Positions 10,001 to 18,448 of a stretch of DNA of 64,000 nucleotides are shown piece after piece. The number at the start of each line of letters is the position of its first letter. Within the stretch, counting starts at the first letter, position 1. The position numbers were made by a program, and so were the translations under genes. The notes below the pieces were generated by a model that worked only from the letters and a program-made list of their open reading frames with translations, searched no databases and had not been told where the DNA came from. The stretch comes from Vulcanimicrobiota bacterium (GTDB lineage Bacteria; Vulcanimicrobiota; Xenobia; Xenobiales; JADMJV01), in contig JBFWNU010000006.1 of the NCBI GenBank assembly GCA_050250895.1, positions 507,720-571,719 on the forward strand. Direction: 5' to 3'.

Positions 10001-11198
10001 CACGCGCAGCGCCCTGTCTGCCTATCCGGCCACTCTTAACGAGCGTCAGACCCGCACGCAAAGCATCGACGACAGCGTCGAGAGCGTCTATGCTCCCAGT
10101 CTTGATCGCATCAAACAGACCTATGTCCCCGAGGTGTTGCAGTTGATCGCTGGCGAGGTCAACTCGGGCGAGACCATCACCGACGACATTCCTAATGCCG
10201 ACAAGCTGTTGGCCAGGGCTCGCAAAGAGACCCAGGTGGCCGTGGGCCACTTCGATCAAGCTTATCTGCTCACTGCCCGTGACGACCTCAACGTGGTCGA
10301 TGGCACCCTCAAGGTCGCCCAGAATGAGCTGGATTCGGTGACCGGAGCCGAACAGTTGCTGGGCCAGAAGCAGCAGGCTGTCGAGAGTGAATTGAGATCG
10401 CTCGACAGTCGCCTGGGCCAGACCCGCCAACACGCTGGCGAGCACTACGTGCGCCGGCGCGCCAAGGAGCTGCTCGGCCAGGCCGAGCGGGCTGTCGGCT
10501 CGGCCCGCGTCGAGGTCGAACAGACCCCTCGCAACCCTTTTGCTGCCAAAACTTCGCTGGCTAGCGCCGAAGGCAGCCGCCAAGCCTGTGAGAGCGCCAT
10601 TGCGGCCGACCACCAGGCTTACACCTCGGCCGACTCGCGCATCGACAGCGCCGCCTCGGAGATCTCTAGCGCGGAATCAACCATCAGTTGGGCCCTGCGG
10701 CAGAACTGGAGCTATTCCTCGTCACAGGGTAGTGCCCACGAGTCGGTCGATCGTTCTGACCTTTCCTCGGCCTACAGCGCCCTCTCCTCGGCCGAATCGG
10801 CTCTGTCTTCGGCCCGCGGCCAAATGAACGGCCAGGGTTATGAAGAGGCCGAAAGTGAAGCTTCCCGCGCCATTAGCCACGCCAAGAACGCCGATAGCGA
10901 GGCTCGTTCGGCCGTCAATCGAGCTGAAAGCCGGTTCGAGGCCGAGAAAGCCCGCATCAAACACCTGGAATACCTTGAGGAGCAGCGTCGGCTCGAAGAA
11001 GAGCGACGCCGCCGTGAACAGCAAGAAGCCGAAGAACGCCGGCGTCGTGAAGAGCAGGAAGCCGAAGATCGACGACGCCGGGAAGAAGAGCAACGCCGCC
11101 GTGACGAGGAAAATCGCAACAGTGGCGGCGGCTCGGGTTCGTCGGGAGGCGGCTGGTCCGGTGGCGGAGGCAGCGGCTCAAGTGGAGGAAGCTGGTAA
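7023..11198 (+). CDS. Giant (1391 aa) coiled-coil membrane protein with TPM-like region and Gly/Ser-Trp tail
   Basis: Long ORF; two hydrophobic segments, extensive heptads, E/R-rich helix, ends GGGSGSSGGSW as in TPM-domain proteins. Confidence 0.8.
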   Translation: MFYSVSTNAAAHKSARPRRDQPNPTVTSGATELLDSRTAPPSKAGHGAGATWDLPSGFDPQPEVKAPEANSGFHKLASGAALALSVLGVGVGMVGAAAPAYAATSQSLTATRSQSPVTFSDTNDVVSKFDGVHQLYVKGNSLSAAEMAKLQKILKDYPNIYVVLMDYTADVQSADYTVSRGIGNSQAFQDVRNEVTGEKEAAVFMVYFDSNQGRKIFMRSEELPDKAGVGDPDFAVNGQPAKLLRTFLRARDAGKDFPGMLEDVFKEVDSGVNNYVNNLVNGARDGISSAQTQLTSARQKVAEFQKEHGKNQSVGHPDLEAWSGRLERARAALAAKDFAGARSLAQSLQRDIQNELSAIGSFEQSLSSAQQVVDQAERKLEEGKDAVKAFQRSEGKGGSLGSPDVAGWEGQLKQAREALSRGSFADARSLANNLVTTISIYRQNVAEFQAAQTTATAVEADLAKLQAELDTLPDNSKGQQARQLYAQAKEHFADYQRLHDGKENGYASPLAVARQEVAEGLEQASASRAEAEATKKAIIIGSTAVTVGIVALGVFANYRARQKRKEANQALENATADISARTQALVALMDEADYQSIARYSGKTEKMAKDLIENVTDALTLVGGAEKFLSEAEALIQPKSLKNLFLTGNYEKGIALLTDPETRLDFNFEDSSRAVMDKGSKAESWRDELLRKGASREFKKSLYEVLLAMAEKRDTARGLLDEITSKNAEITKFLDSVEAAARAAEEHSRALQESGQKDQLFTAPSVTENLLPMVSGPAQEGGLIARGRDIKESDPVRAWDEFATPARRMTGEAEGVVDLGNYSRGTLLPTLVQADAALHPHQVDTKWAHQATGKLSDRLDDTADTALRVSIQQPLATIRQEVDSLVGQVKTVVRQDRERREVAPGLISGAEDDVSTARSQIDEKLKAMGHFAKGNPQEVLREPGLDPTDRTQKAHQHLDSIKPLLDRGDTATAQRHLDGVRSQSAEAHQIVADTRSALSAYPATLNERQTRTQSIDDSVESVYAPSLDRIKQTYVPEVLQLIAGEVNSGETITDDIPNADKLLARARKETQVAVGHFDQAYLLTARDDLNVVDGTLKVAQNELDSVTGAEQLLGQKQQAVESELRSLDSRLGQTRQHAGEHYVRRRAKELLGQAERAVGSARVEVEQTPRNPFAAKTSLASAEGSRQACESAIAADHQAYTSADSRIDSAASEISSAESTISWALRQNWSYSSSQGSAHESVDRSDLSSAYSALSSAESALSSARGQMNGQGYEEAESEASRAISHAKNADSEARSAVNRAESRFEAEKARIKHLEYLEEQRRLEEERRRREQQEAEERRRREEQEAEDRRRREEEQRRRDEENRNSGGGSGSSGGGWSGGGGSGSSGGSW

Positions 11199-11199
11199 A

Positions 11200-12648
11200 A
11201 TGAAAATCACCCCCTACGCAAATACGGCCATCCGTCCTAATCTGGCCAGCCAGGCGGCTCCCCAGCCGCCCAACGAGCCGGTGGACCAGGTGGACACCCC
11301 CAAAGACAACCAGAGTGAGGCGGCCGACTTCGCCCGTTTCGCCACGGGCGGTCTGGTGGGACTCGGTCTGGGCATCGCGGCCCTGTACGCGGGCACCCTG
11401 GGCGGGGCCGCCCTGGGCGCGGCCGTGGGCGGAGGCTTCGGGCCGGTGGTGGCCTCGGTGGCCAGTCACGGCACGCTGGGCTTTATCGGCACTACCTTTG
11501 CCACGGCCGGCGTAATGACCAAGGTCGGCATCGTGGCTGGCGGTATCACCGGCCTGGTGGGGGCTTTCGATATCGGCCGGCGCATCGGCCACGGCATCTC
11601 GGACACCATCAAGATGGCCTCGGGTAAAGCCGACCCTCACGATTTGCGACGGCAAGCCAAACCACTCTCGGGCAAGACCCAGGTGCTGGCCTCGGGCATC
11701 ACCGGGGTTGGGGCTGTGGCTGGCGGTCTGGGGGGCTTCTTTGGCGGAGCCGCCATCGGCGGTATCTCGGGCCTGGCCACCGGTTCAGGAATGGGGGCCG
11801 CGGCCGGCATCGGAGGATTGGCCGGCGGTCTGGCCTTCGCGGTGATGGGTGGCTGGGGTGGCTATCAGGTCGCCAAAGGCATTACTCACGCTGGTGGCGC
11901 GGCCGCGAAGGTGGCCGGCAAAGCGGTGGGTCCGCTGCTGGGGACCCGCTACAAGCGGGTCGAAACCCTCGAGCAGGAAGAGACCAAGCAGGCCCAACGC
12001 ACCAAGCAAATCGAGCGCGAAGCCTGGACGCTCGAGCGCCGCGAGATCGACGCCAAGAACGCCTTTGACTCGGCGATGGGCGGGATCAACGGCGAGTTGG
12101 ACGAGGCCCGCGGCAAACTCGACAAGTTGGCCGACGAGGTGGAAGGCAAAGCCCAGGTCAAGTTCCAGGCGGCGCATCCTGATCTGGCTACTCAGCGTCA
12201 GGACCTGACCGCCAGAGAAGAGCGGCTGACCACCCAGACGGCCCAGCTCGACACCGAGCAGGCCGCCCTCGATGCGACCCTCAATAGTCGAGCCGAGATT
12301 CGCACCCGTGAGCAGAAGAAGGCCATCGAGGCCGACTTCGCCGCCAAGAACGCCGCGCTTGACCCGCGCGAAGCCACCATCGCCGAGCAAGAGGCGGCCA
12401 TGAAGAAAGAGGCCCGTCAGCAAGCAGCTCCAGAGCTGGCTCGCAAGAGCGCCGACCTGCGCCGTGAACTGGTCACCGCCCGAGAGGATGAGACCCGCGC
12501 CGTGGGCTTCCGCGATGCCGTCGAAAAGGTCGGTCAATCGACCGCCCAACGAAGGGCTGATGCCGAAGCCGAATTCAAGAAAGCCGAAGCTGACCACGAC
12601 TACTGGCAGCGCGTGCTCGAACAGGTCAAGAAGGGCGAGGAAGCGTAA
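11200..12648 (+). CDS. Glycine-zipper membrane protein with C-terminal coiled coil (paralog A)
   Basis: ATG 1 bp after the upstream stop, GGAGG upstream; GxxxG-rich hydrophobic half, charged heptad half. Confidence 0.8.
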   Translation: MKITPYANTAIRPNLASQAAPQPPNEPVDQVDTPKDNQSEAADFARFATGGLVGLGLGIAALYAGTLGGAALGAAVGGGFGPVVASVASHGTLGFIGTTFATAGVMTKVGIVAGGITGLVGAFDIGRRIGHGISDTIKMASGKADPHDLRRQAKPLSGKTQVLASGITGVGAVAGGLGGFFGGAAIGGISGLATGSGMGAAAGIGGLAGGLAFAVMGGWGGYQVAKGITHAGGAAAKVAGKAVGPLLGTRYKRVETLEQEETKQAQRTKQIEREAWTLERREIDAKNAFDSAMGGINGELDEARGKLDKLADEVEGKAQVKFQAAHPDLATQRQDLTAREERLTTQTAQLDTEQAALDATLNSRAEIRTREQKKAIEADFAAKNAALDPREATIAEQEAAMKKEARQQAAPELARKSADLRRELVTAREDETRAVGFRDAVEKVGQSTAQRRADAEAEFKKAEADHDYWQRVLEQVKKGEEA

Positions 12649-12652
12649 AATC

Positions 12653-14158
12653 ATGAAAGTTGTAGCATTCAGAGCCAGCACCCCTACCCCCGCGCCTGCC
12701 CGGCCCGAAACAGTCAAACAACCGCTGGGCTCGCAGGTTAAGGAAGAGGCCGATCAGACTTCCATCGCCTTCGGTGATGTCACCGGGACCATCGTGGGTG
12801 GCGTTGCCGGCACGGCCCTGGCCGTCGGCTCGCTCTATGCGGGCGTGCTCGGTGGCGCGGCTGTCGGAGCCGCCTTCGGTGGCGGCATCGGGCCGATGGT
12901 AGCCGCCGTCAGCTCCCACGGCGCGCTCGATTTCATCGGCACCTCGTTTGCCACCGCCAGCCCGTTCATTCGAGTGGGCATGGTGTTGGGAGGCCTGGCT
13001 ACCGCCGCTGGTGCCTGGACCCTGGGCGAGAAGGTCGGCCGGGCCGTGGGCCGTCTGCCGGGCCGGGGCGTTGGCTATGCAGTGGGCGCGGGCAAAGGCG
13101 CTCTCAACAACGCTCTGGGCATACCGGCTCCCATCCCGGCTCCCGCCGAAGAAATCAAAGCCAAGCGCAATGTCGTGTTGTCAAAACCGTTACAGGGTGT
13201 CGCCTATGCCCTTTCGGGCGTGGGTGCTCTGTCGGGCATCGCTGGTGGTGCGCTGCTAGGCGCCGGCCTGATGGCCGCCGGGGGAGCCGTTACCGGTCTT
13301 TCGGCGGGCAATCTCACCTGGGGCGCCATCACCGGGGCCGCCAAACTGGGCGCTATTGTTGGTGGCCTGGGTGTGGGAGCCGCCGGAGCCGTGGGCGGAT
13401 ACCAGTTCGTGCGTGGGATGAAGGCCGCTGTCGAGGGTAGTGAGGTGGCCCAACGCTGGCTCTTGCTCGACAAGCGCGAAGAGGAATTGGTCGAAAACGC
13501 TATCAAGCTCGACAAACTGGCCGAGAAGAACGAGAAGAAGGCCGCTCAGGCCCAGACCGTGGATGCGGAGCGGGCAAGCCTTCTCGACCAGGCCCGCCAG
13601 AATCTGGACAAGATTCAAGACGAGCTGCGCTTTAACGCCGAGCACAAAAACTCCATGGTCGACCTGCGCGCCGACGAGTTGTTCAAGCACGAGTCCAGCG
13701 CGCTGGTCAGTGACCGCGCCGCGCTCGAAGAACGCGAGGCTGCCTACACCGAACGCCGAGCCAAAGTTGACCACGACACGGCCAACCTCGACGCCGCCGT
13801 CGAAGAGCGCAGCCGCCAGATGGTGGGCAACCTGGAGGGCGAACTGCAGGGTCGTTTGACCGAACGCACCGAGGCTCTCGATGCTCGCCAGGCCAAGCTT
13901 GACGGATTTCGTCAGGATCCCAGTCAGGTGGTGGCCGAGGTGGTCGACGAGATTCTGGCGCCCCAACGCCAGGAGATCGCCGACGTGCGGGCCAACATCG
14001 AGAAGGTCAACGCCGAAAAGGATGGGCTGAAGGCCAGGACCACGGCCGACGCGGCGGCCATAGAAGATCTCAAGCGCAACACCAACCGGGTGCGGCGCGA
14101 GACCGACATCACCAAGCTCGAAGTCCGCAAGTACCGGCAACGTCACGGCGAAGAATAG
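12653..14158 (+). CDS. Glycine-zipper membrane protein with C-terminal coiled coil (paralog B)
   Basis: ATG 4 bp after the upstream stop; shares LYAGxLGGAAxGAAxGGGxGPxVAxVxSHGxLxFIGTxFATA with paralog A. Confidence 0.8.
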   Translation: MKVVAFRASTPTPAPARPETVKQPLGSQVKEEADQTSIAFGDVTGTIVGGVAGTALAVGSLYAGVLGGAAVGAAFGGGIGPMVAAVSSHGALDFIGTSFATASPFIRVGMVLGGLATAAGAWTLGEKVGRAVGRLPGRGVGYAVGAGKGALNNALGIPAPIPAPAEEIKAKRNVVLSKPLQGVAYALSGVGALSGIAGGALLGAGLMAAGGAVTGLSAGNLTWGAITGAAKLGAIVGGLGVGAAGAVGGYQFVRGMKAAVEGSEVAQRWLLLDKREEELVENAIKLDKLAEKNEKKAAQAQTVDAERASLLDQARQNLDKIQDELRFNAEHKNSMVDLRADELFKHESSALVSDRAALEEREAAYTERRAKVDHDTANLDAAVEERSRQMVGNLEGELQGRLTERTEALDARQAKLDGFRQDPSQVVAEVVDEILAPQRQEIADVRANIEKVNAEKDGLKARTTADAAAIEDLKRNTNRVRRETDITKLEVRKYRQRHGEE

Positions 14159-14234
14159 CACCCTGCCGCGCCGAGGCAGATGTTTACAACCTGATAGCCT
14201 GTTAGGCCTGGCTTCGCGTTAGGTTCAACAGGCT

Positions 14235-15002
14235 ATGCTCATGAATGCCTTGATCGCCCCGGCCCTGCGGGCCGCCCAACTCCAGATTGGTCGAGAGAAA
14301 CCAGCCCCCGAGAAGGAATCGCTCATCCGCGATATGGTGCGCTCGGCCCCTGATCAGGACTGCGTCGAAGACGTGGTAGAGGCGCTCAGCGCCTACCCTG
14401 TCGAGGCCTTGCGTCGGGTTCACGACTACGGCACCAAAGTCGAGGTCTATGATTTCGACCAGGGGGATGCCGTGCCCGAATACCTTCCCACCCTGGCTAA
14501 CCCCAACACGTTGGGGGCCTACAACACCCAGGCGAACGTGCTCGGACTCGACCGCGACAACCTGGCGCCATTTGTCCTGCTCCACGAGTTCGCCCACGCC
14601 CTGGATGCCTCCCTGGGCGACCTCAGCGAAACCCCGGACTGGAAGGGCGCCCATCGCTTTGCCGAGGCTACCAATCGGGTGGTGCGGCCTTATGCCAAGC
14701 ACGACTCGGCCGAGTATCTGGCCGAGAACACGGCCGCCTATCTGATCGCCGACGACTCGCTGTTGCCACTGATCGAACGCGGACTAGAAGAGCAGCTTGG
14801 CACCGAGGGTTTGACCGAGCACGAGTATCTGCAGATGAATCAGAACTTCTGCAACGGTCGCCTCCAGCGTATCGATCCCGACGGACACCGTCTGGTCGAG
14901 CACATGTTGGAGGCGGCCGACGAGATGCCGCCGGTACCGGCCCGCCCGGCCATGACCGGCGAACAGTGGCACATCTGGCAGCAACAACATCGGGCCGCCT
15001 AG
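14235..15002 (+). CDS. Zinc metallopeptidase, anthrax lethal factor/PPEP-like (ATLF) fold
   Basis: HEFAHALD followed by YAKHDSAEYLAE. Confidence 0.75.
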   Translation: MLMNALIAPALRAAQLQIGREKPAPEKESLIRDMVRSAPDQDCVEDVVEALSAYPVEALRRVHDYGTKVEVYDFDQGDAVPEYLPTLANPNTLGAYNTQANVLGLDRDNLAPFVLLHEFAHALDASLGDLSETPDWKGAHRFAEATNRVVRPYAKHDSAEYLAENTAAYLIADDSLLPLIERGLEEQLGTEGLTEHEYLQMNQNFCNGRLQRIDPDGHRLVEHMLEAADEMPPVPARPAMTGEQWHIWQQQHRAA

Positions 15003-15005
15003 CGG

Positions 15006-15602
15006 CTACTCGAGATGGATGGCCGCGGTGCGGGCCAGCACGCAGCCCAGCGCCACCAGATGCAGGGTCGGGGCGATTCCCGGCAGGCAGGCCGAGGCGA
15101 TGACGGCGGCGCCCTTGCCAATCTGCATGGCACCGGCAAAGGCTCGAATAGCTTTGTTCTGTTCGTGAGCGTGGCGAATGTCGTTGGCGCCAACGGCCAA
15201 CTCGGTGAGGCCGTGCACGCCCTCAAAGGCCGCGATGGCCAGTCCACCCGGGTGGTGGCCGTGACCCAGCGCCAGACTGACGGCGGCCATGCCGGCGGTA
15301 GCTGCCATGGCCAGGTGACCCACGCCCTCAATCTTGTCGAGGCGCGATTCGGAGCGAACTTTAGCCACTCCCCAGGCCAGCCCACCCAAACCGACCACGG
15401 CGGCGACGCCAAGGCCTACACCGGCCGGGAGATGATGGTCGAAGGCGACTTCGCTGCCCACATGCAGCAACTCGAGACCTTGCAGAGCCAGGGGGTTCTC
15501 TCCGCCGAGAGTATGTTCGGGGGCCAGGCTCTTGAAGAGGGGGGGAAGCCGAGGCTCGACCCACTGACGGTGTTGATACTGAAAGGCCGAAGCGATTTTC
15601 AC
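15006..15602 (-). CDS. Hypothetical multi-pass membrane protein
   Basis: 198 aa, several Ala/Gly-rich hydrophobic helices, GTG start. Confidence 0.65.
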   Translation of the reverse strand: MKIASAFQYQHRQWVEPRLPPLFKSLAPEHTLGGENPLALQGLELLHVGSEVAFDHHLPAGVGLGVAAVVGLGGLAWGVAKVRSESRLDKIEGVGHLAMAATAGMAAVSLALGHGHHPGGLAIAAFEGVHGLTELAVGANDIRHAHEQNKAIRAFAGAMQIGKGAAVIASACLPGIAPTLHLVALGCVLARTAAIHLE

Positions 15603-15664
15603 GGGTCGATCAAATCACCGACCGACCCGGCGATCCTTTCCGACGTGTAAACCAAAGGCCAGGC

Positions 15665-15708
15665 AAAAAAAAAGCGCCCATCCTGTTGCGGCTACAGGAA
15701 CGGGACGC
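15665..15708 (-). terminator. Rho-independent terminator
   Basis: Minus strand GCGTCCCGTTCCTGT-loop-ACAGGATGGGCGC followed by T9. Confidence 0.75.
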
Positions 15709-16002
15709 GGGCTACGGGCGTGGCGTGTTGGAAATTCTCGTTTTTTTGGTGCCGCTTAGAGCTTTATCAACCTCTGTTCTAAATGTATCGAAAATGTTTA
15801 GACGATTCTGTGTGCTAGTTCACATCCTGGCGATCTCGACCAGCGTGCAACCTCGAGTTAACATCCCGGCCTGCCCCCTCGTTCCGGGAGAAACATCCCC
15901 AGAAGTCCACAGCGAAATTGGCTTCAAATCACAGTTTTACCACAAGGAATTCACACCGGAACGACGGAACGAAGGTCCAAGATTTGGGAGGATTGTTTCG
16001 TC

Positions 16003-16218
16003 ATGTTTCGCAGATTGCCACTTTTACAGAAGACCACCTTTACCGGCCGGGAGGGCAACGTTGCGCCGCCGGCCGCGGGTGGCCGGGTCCACATGGTCGT
16101 CGGGGTGGGACCCGTCGCCCGTCACGCGGATTGCGTCTCTGAGAGCCTGGCCCGGCTCAAGCGTTCGGCCGGCATCTACTACCGCCTGGCTTCGATGTCG
16201 GTCAAGCTCGACGATTAG
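16003..16218 (+). CDS. Possible small protein (71 aa)
   Basis: GGAGG about 11 nt upstream of the ATG; no recognisable domain. Confidence 0.3.
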   Translation: MFRRLPLLQKTTFTGREGNVAPPAAGGRVHMVVGVGPVARHADCVSESLARLKRSAGIYYRLASMSVKLDD

Positions 16219-16364
16219 GTTGGTGTGCGACTCGCCAGGGGGGCGCTCGTTTGAAAACCGCCGAGGTCGCCGAGACGCAGAGGAGTCGGAGGGGCGCTCT
16301 GTCTGCGCCCACCTCCATGTTCAACCTCGAAAGGGCACCGACCTGATCGCCAACGTCTCGAGCT

Positions 16365-16868
16365 TCAGTCTACCTCGGACAGGATGGCTTCGCCTTCAAT
16401 GACCACGTCGTCGTCGCCGAGGAGTTCTCCGTCATGGATCACGGTTTCGGCGTTGAGTTTGTACAGGCCGTTACCAGCGGGCGTGAGCGTGGCTCTGAGA
16501 AAATTGATGGCGCTGCCCGCGATCGAGAGCACGGCGTGGCGTTGCTCGGGGGGCAAGGACTTGAGCTTGTCGATGAAGGCCATCACCTTAGGATCTTGCA
16601 GACAGCGGGCCTGGGAGAGGCGCAAGGGGTAGAGCAGCTTGCCGCCCCGCTGGTCGTGGAAGAAGTCAGACAAGGGCATGCCCAGGGCCCGGGCAAGCTT
16701 GGTGATTACCTCGACCGATGGGTTGGCGGAATCGTTCTCGATGCGAGAAATAAAGGATGCAGAGACGCCGGATTTTTTCTCCAGCTGTTTGATAGTCAGG
16801 TTGCGAGCTTTGCGGTTAAAGTGCAGAATTTTCCCGAAGCTCTTTTTGGGCTCTCCGATGACGGCCAC
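16365..16868 (-). CDS. XRE-family HTH transcriptional regulator
   Basis: LTIKQLEKKSGVSASFISRIENDSANPSVEVITKLARALG. Confidence 0.9.
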   Translation of the reverse strand: MAVIGEPKKSFGKILHFNRKARNLTIKQLEKKSGVSASFISRIENDSANPSVEVITKLARALGMPLSDFFHDQRGGKLLYPLRLSQARCLQDPKVMAFIDKLKSLPPEQRHAVLSIAGSAINFLRATLTPAGNGLYKLNAETVIHDGELLGDDDVVIEGEAILSEVD

Positions 16869-16897
16869 CTCCGTTGCTTAGCGGTTCCCCCTGCCAC

Positions 16898-18376
16898 CTA
16901 TATATATGTGAGGTTAGGCCCCGAAGTTCCTTCTCTATATGAAACAAAGCGTCCAGTTTTAACCAGGCAATTTGTTTCCCAAATGCCATGCCGGGAGGGC
17001 AGTGAGGCCTCGGGGGCCGGCGTCGCTTCGACGGGGGTGGGTGACTCTGCTGGAGTCGGCTGGCCTGCCTCAGGGGTGGATTCTGGAGTGGGGGAGGCGG
17101 TAGGGGCCGGCCGCACCAGTTGGATCTCGCTCTCGTCGATGAGCGCGCCCGCGATGGTCGCAGTTTGAAAGCAGGCCAGCGTGCCCCCGATGACGGCGAT
17201 CACGCCGAGCCGAGCCAGGTCGCCTTTGCGACTGGGGGCGATACCGCCGATGCCGCCGATCTGGATGCCGATGGACGAGAAATTGGCAAATCCGCACAGG
17301 GCATAGGTGAGGATCACCGTGCTTCGGCCCGTGAGGGGATGGTCTCCCTTGAGAATGTTGGCCAGGTCGAGGTAGGCCACGAACTCGTTGATGATGAGTT
17401 TCTTACCGAGCAACTCGCCGACCACCAGGGCGTCTTGCGACGGCACGCCCATCACCAGCGCGATGGGAGCGAACAGATAGGAAAAGATCATGCTGAAGCT
17501 GATGTCGGGGATCCAATGCCCCAGGAGTAAGTTCAAGCCGGCATCGAACATGTTGATGAGAGCGATGAAGGCCAGCAACATGGCGCCGACGTTGAGGGCC
17601 AGTTGAAGGCCGGTGCTGGCTCCGTTGGCGGCGGCCTCGATGGCGTTCGCGTCGGTCTGGGGCACATCGATCTTGACGTCACCCTTGGTCATGGGTTCTT
17701 CGGTCTCGGGGATGAGGATTTTGGCCATGACCAGGGCGGCCGGGGCCGACATCAGCGAGGCTGCCATCAGATGTCCGGCGATCCCCGGAAACTGGTCGCG
17801 CAGCAGGGCCACATAGGCGGCCATCACGCCGCCGGCCACCGTGGCGAAACCGCCGGTCATCACCACCATCAACTCCGAGCGGGTCATCTTCTCGACATAG
17901 GGTTTAATCAAGAGCGGGGCTTCGGTTTGCCCGATGAAGATGTTGGCCGAGGCCGACAGTGTCTCGGCGCCCGAGGTGCCGAGTAGTCGGACCATCACCT
18001 TGGCGATGATCTCGACCACGAACTGCATCACCCCCACGTAGTAGAGAAGACTCATCAGAGCCGAGAAAAAGATGATGGTGGGCAACACCTTGACAGCGAA
18101 GACGAACTCGCCGTATTTGGCCGGATCCATCACGATAAAGCCGAAGATGAACTCGCTGCCGCGATCGGTGAATCCCAGTAGAGCCACGATCACGTCGTTC
18201 ATGTAGGCGAAAAAGGCCTGGCCGACTCGGGTCTTGAGCACCAACCCGGCGAACACGAACTGGAGACCTACGCCGGCGCCAACCAGTTTCCAGTCGATGG
18301 CCTTGCGATTGTTCGAGAGTAGATAGGCGATGCCCATCAACACGAAGATTCCGACCAGACTGATCAATCTATCCAT
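16898..18376 (-). CDS. nupC: Concentrative nucleoside transporter (CNT/NupC family)
   Basis: LPTIIFFSAL, ANIFIGQTEAPL, GFATVAG, NEFVAY, CGFANFSSIGI. Confidence 0.95.
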   Translation of the reverse strand: MDRLISLVGIFVLMGIAYLLSNNRKAIDWKLVGAGVGLQFVFAGLVLKTRVGQAFFAYMNDVIVALLGFTDRGSEFIFGFIVMDPAKYGEFVFAVKVLPTIIFFSALMSLLYYVGVMQFVVEIIAKVMVRLLGTSGAETLSASANIFIGQTEAPLLIKPYVEKMTRSELMVVMTGGFATVAGGVMAAYVALLRDQFPGIAGHLMAASLMSAPAALVMAKILIPETEEPMTKGDVKIDVPQTDANAIEAAANGASTGLQLALNVGAMLLAFIALINMFDAGLNLLLGHWIPDISFSMIFSYLFAPIALVMGVPSQDALVVGELLGKKLIINEFVAYLDLANILKGDHPLTGRSTVILTYALCGFANFSSIGIQIGGIGGIAPSRKGDLARLGVIAVIGGTLACFQTATIAGALIDESEIQLVRPAPTASPTPESTPEAGQPTPAESPTPVEATPAPEASLPSRHGIWETNCLVKTGRFVSYREGTSGPNLTYI

Positions 18377-18448
18377 TTTGGCCTCCGAACATAAGTCCGT
18401 TCGAGGCTATCAAGACCGCCCGGTGGGGTTATGAACGTTTCGTATCTT

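Noticed and set aside
10995-11110. 33-bp-period repeats as a possible CRISPR array
   Set aside because: In-frame EERRRRE coding repeats with no unique spacers and no cas genes.
10840-11199. Upstream extension of the 602-aa ORF
   Set aside because: Shadow frame within the giant gene; ATG 11200 has an RBS and is coupled to the upstream stop.
15686-16402. 238-aa ORF across the AT-rich intergenic region
   Set aside because: Atypical composition, no RBS, starts inside a terminator hairpin.
18386-18403. LexA-like box (CGAAC-N4-GTCCG) upstream of nupC
   Set aside because: One mismatch, single instance and an unlikely target; cannot be separated from chance.
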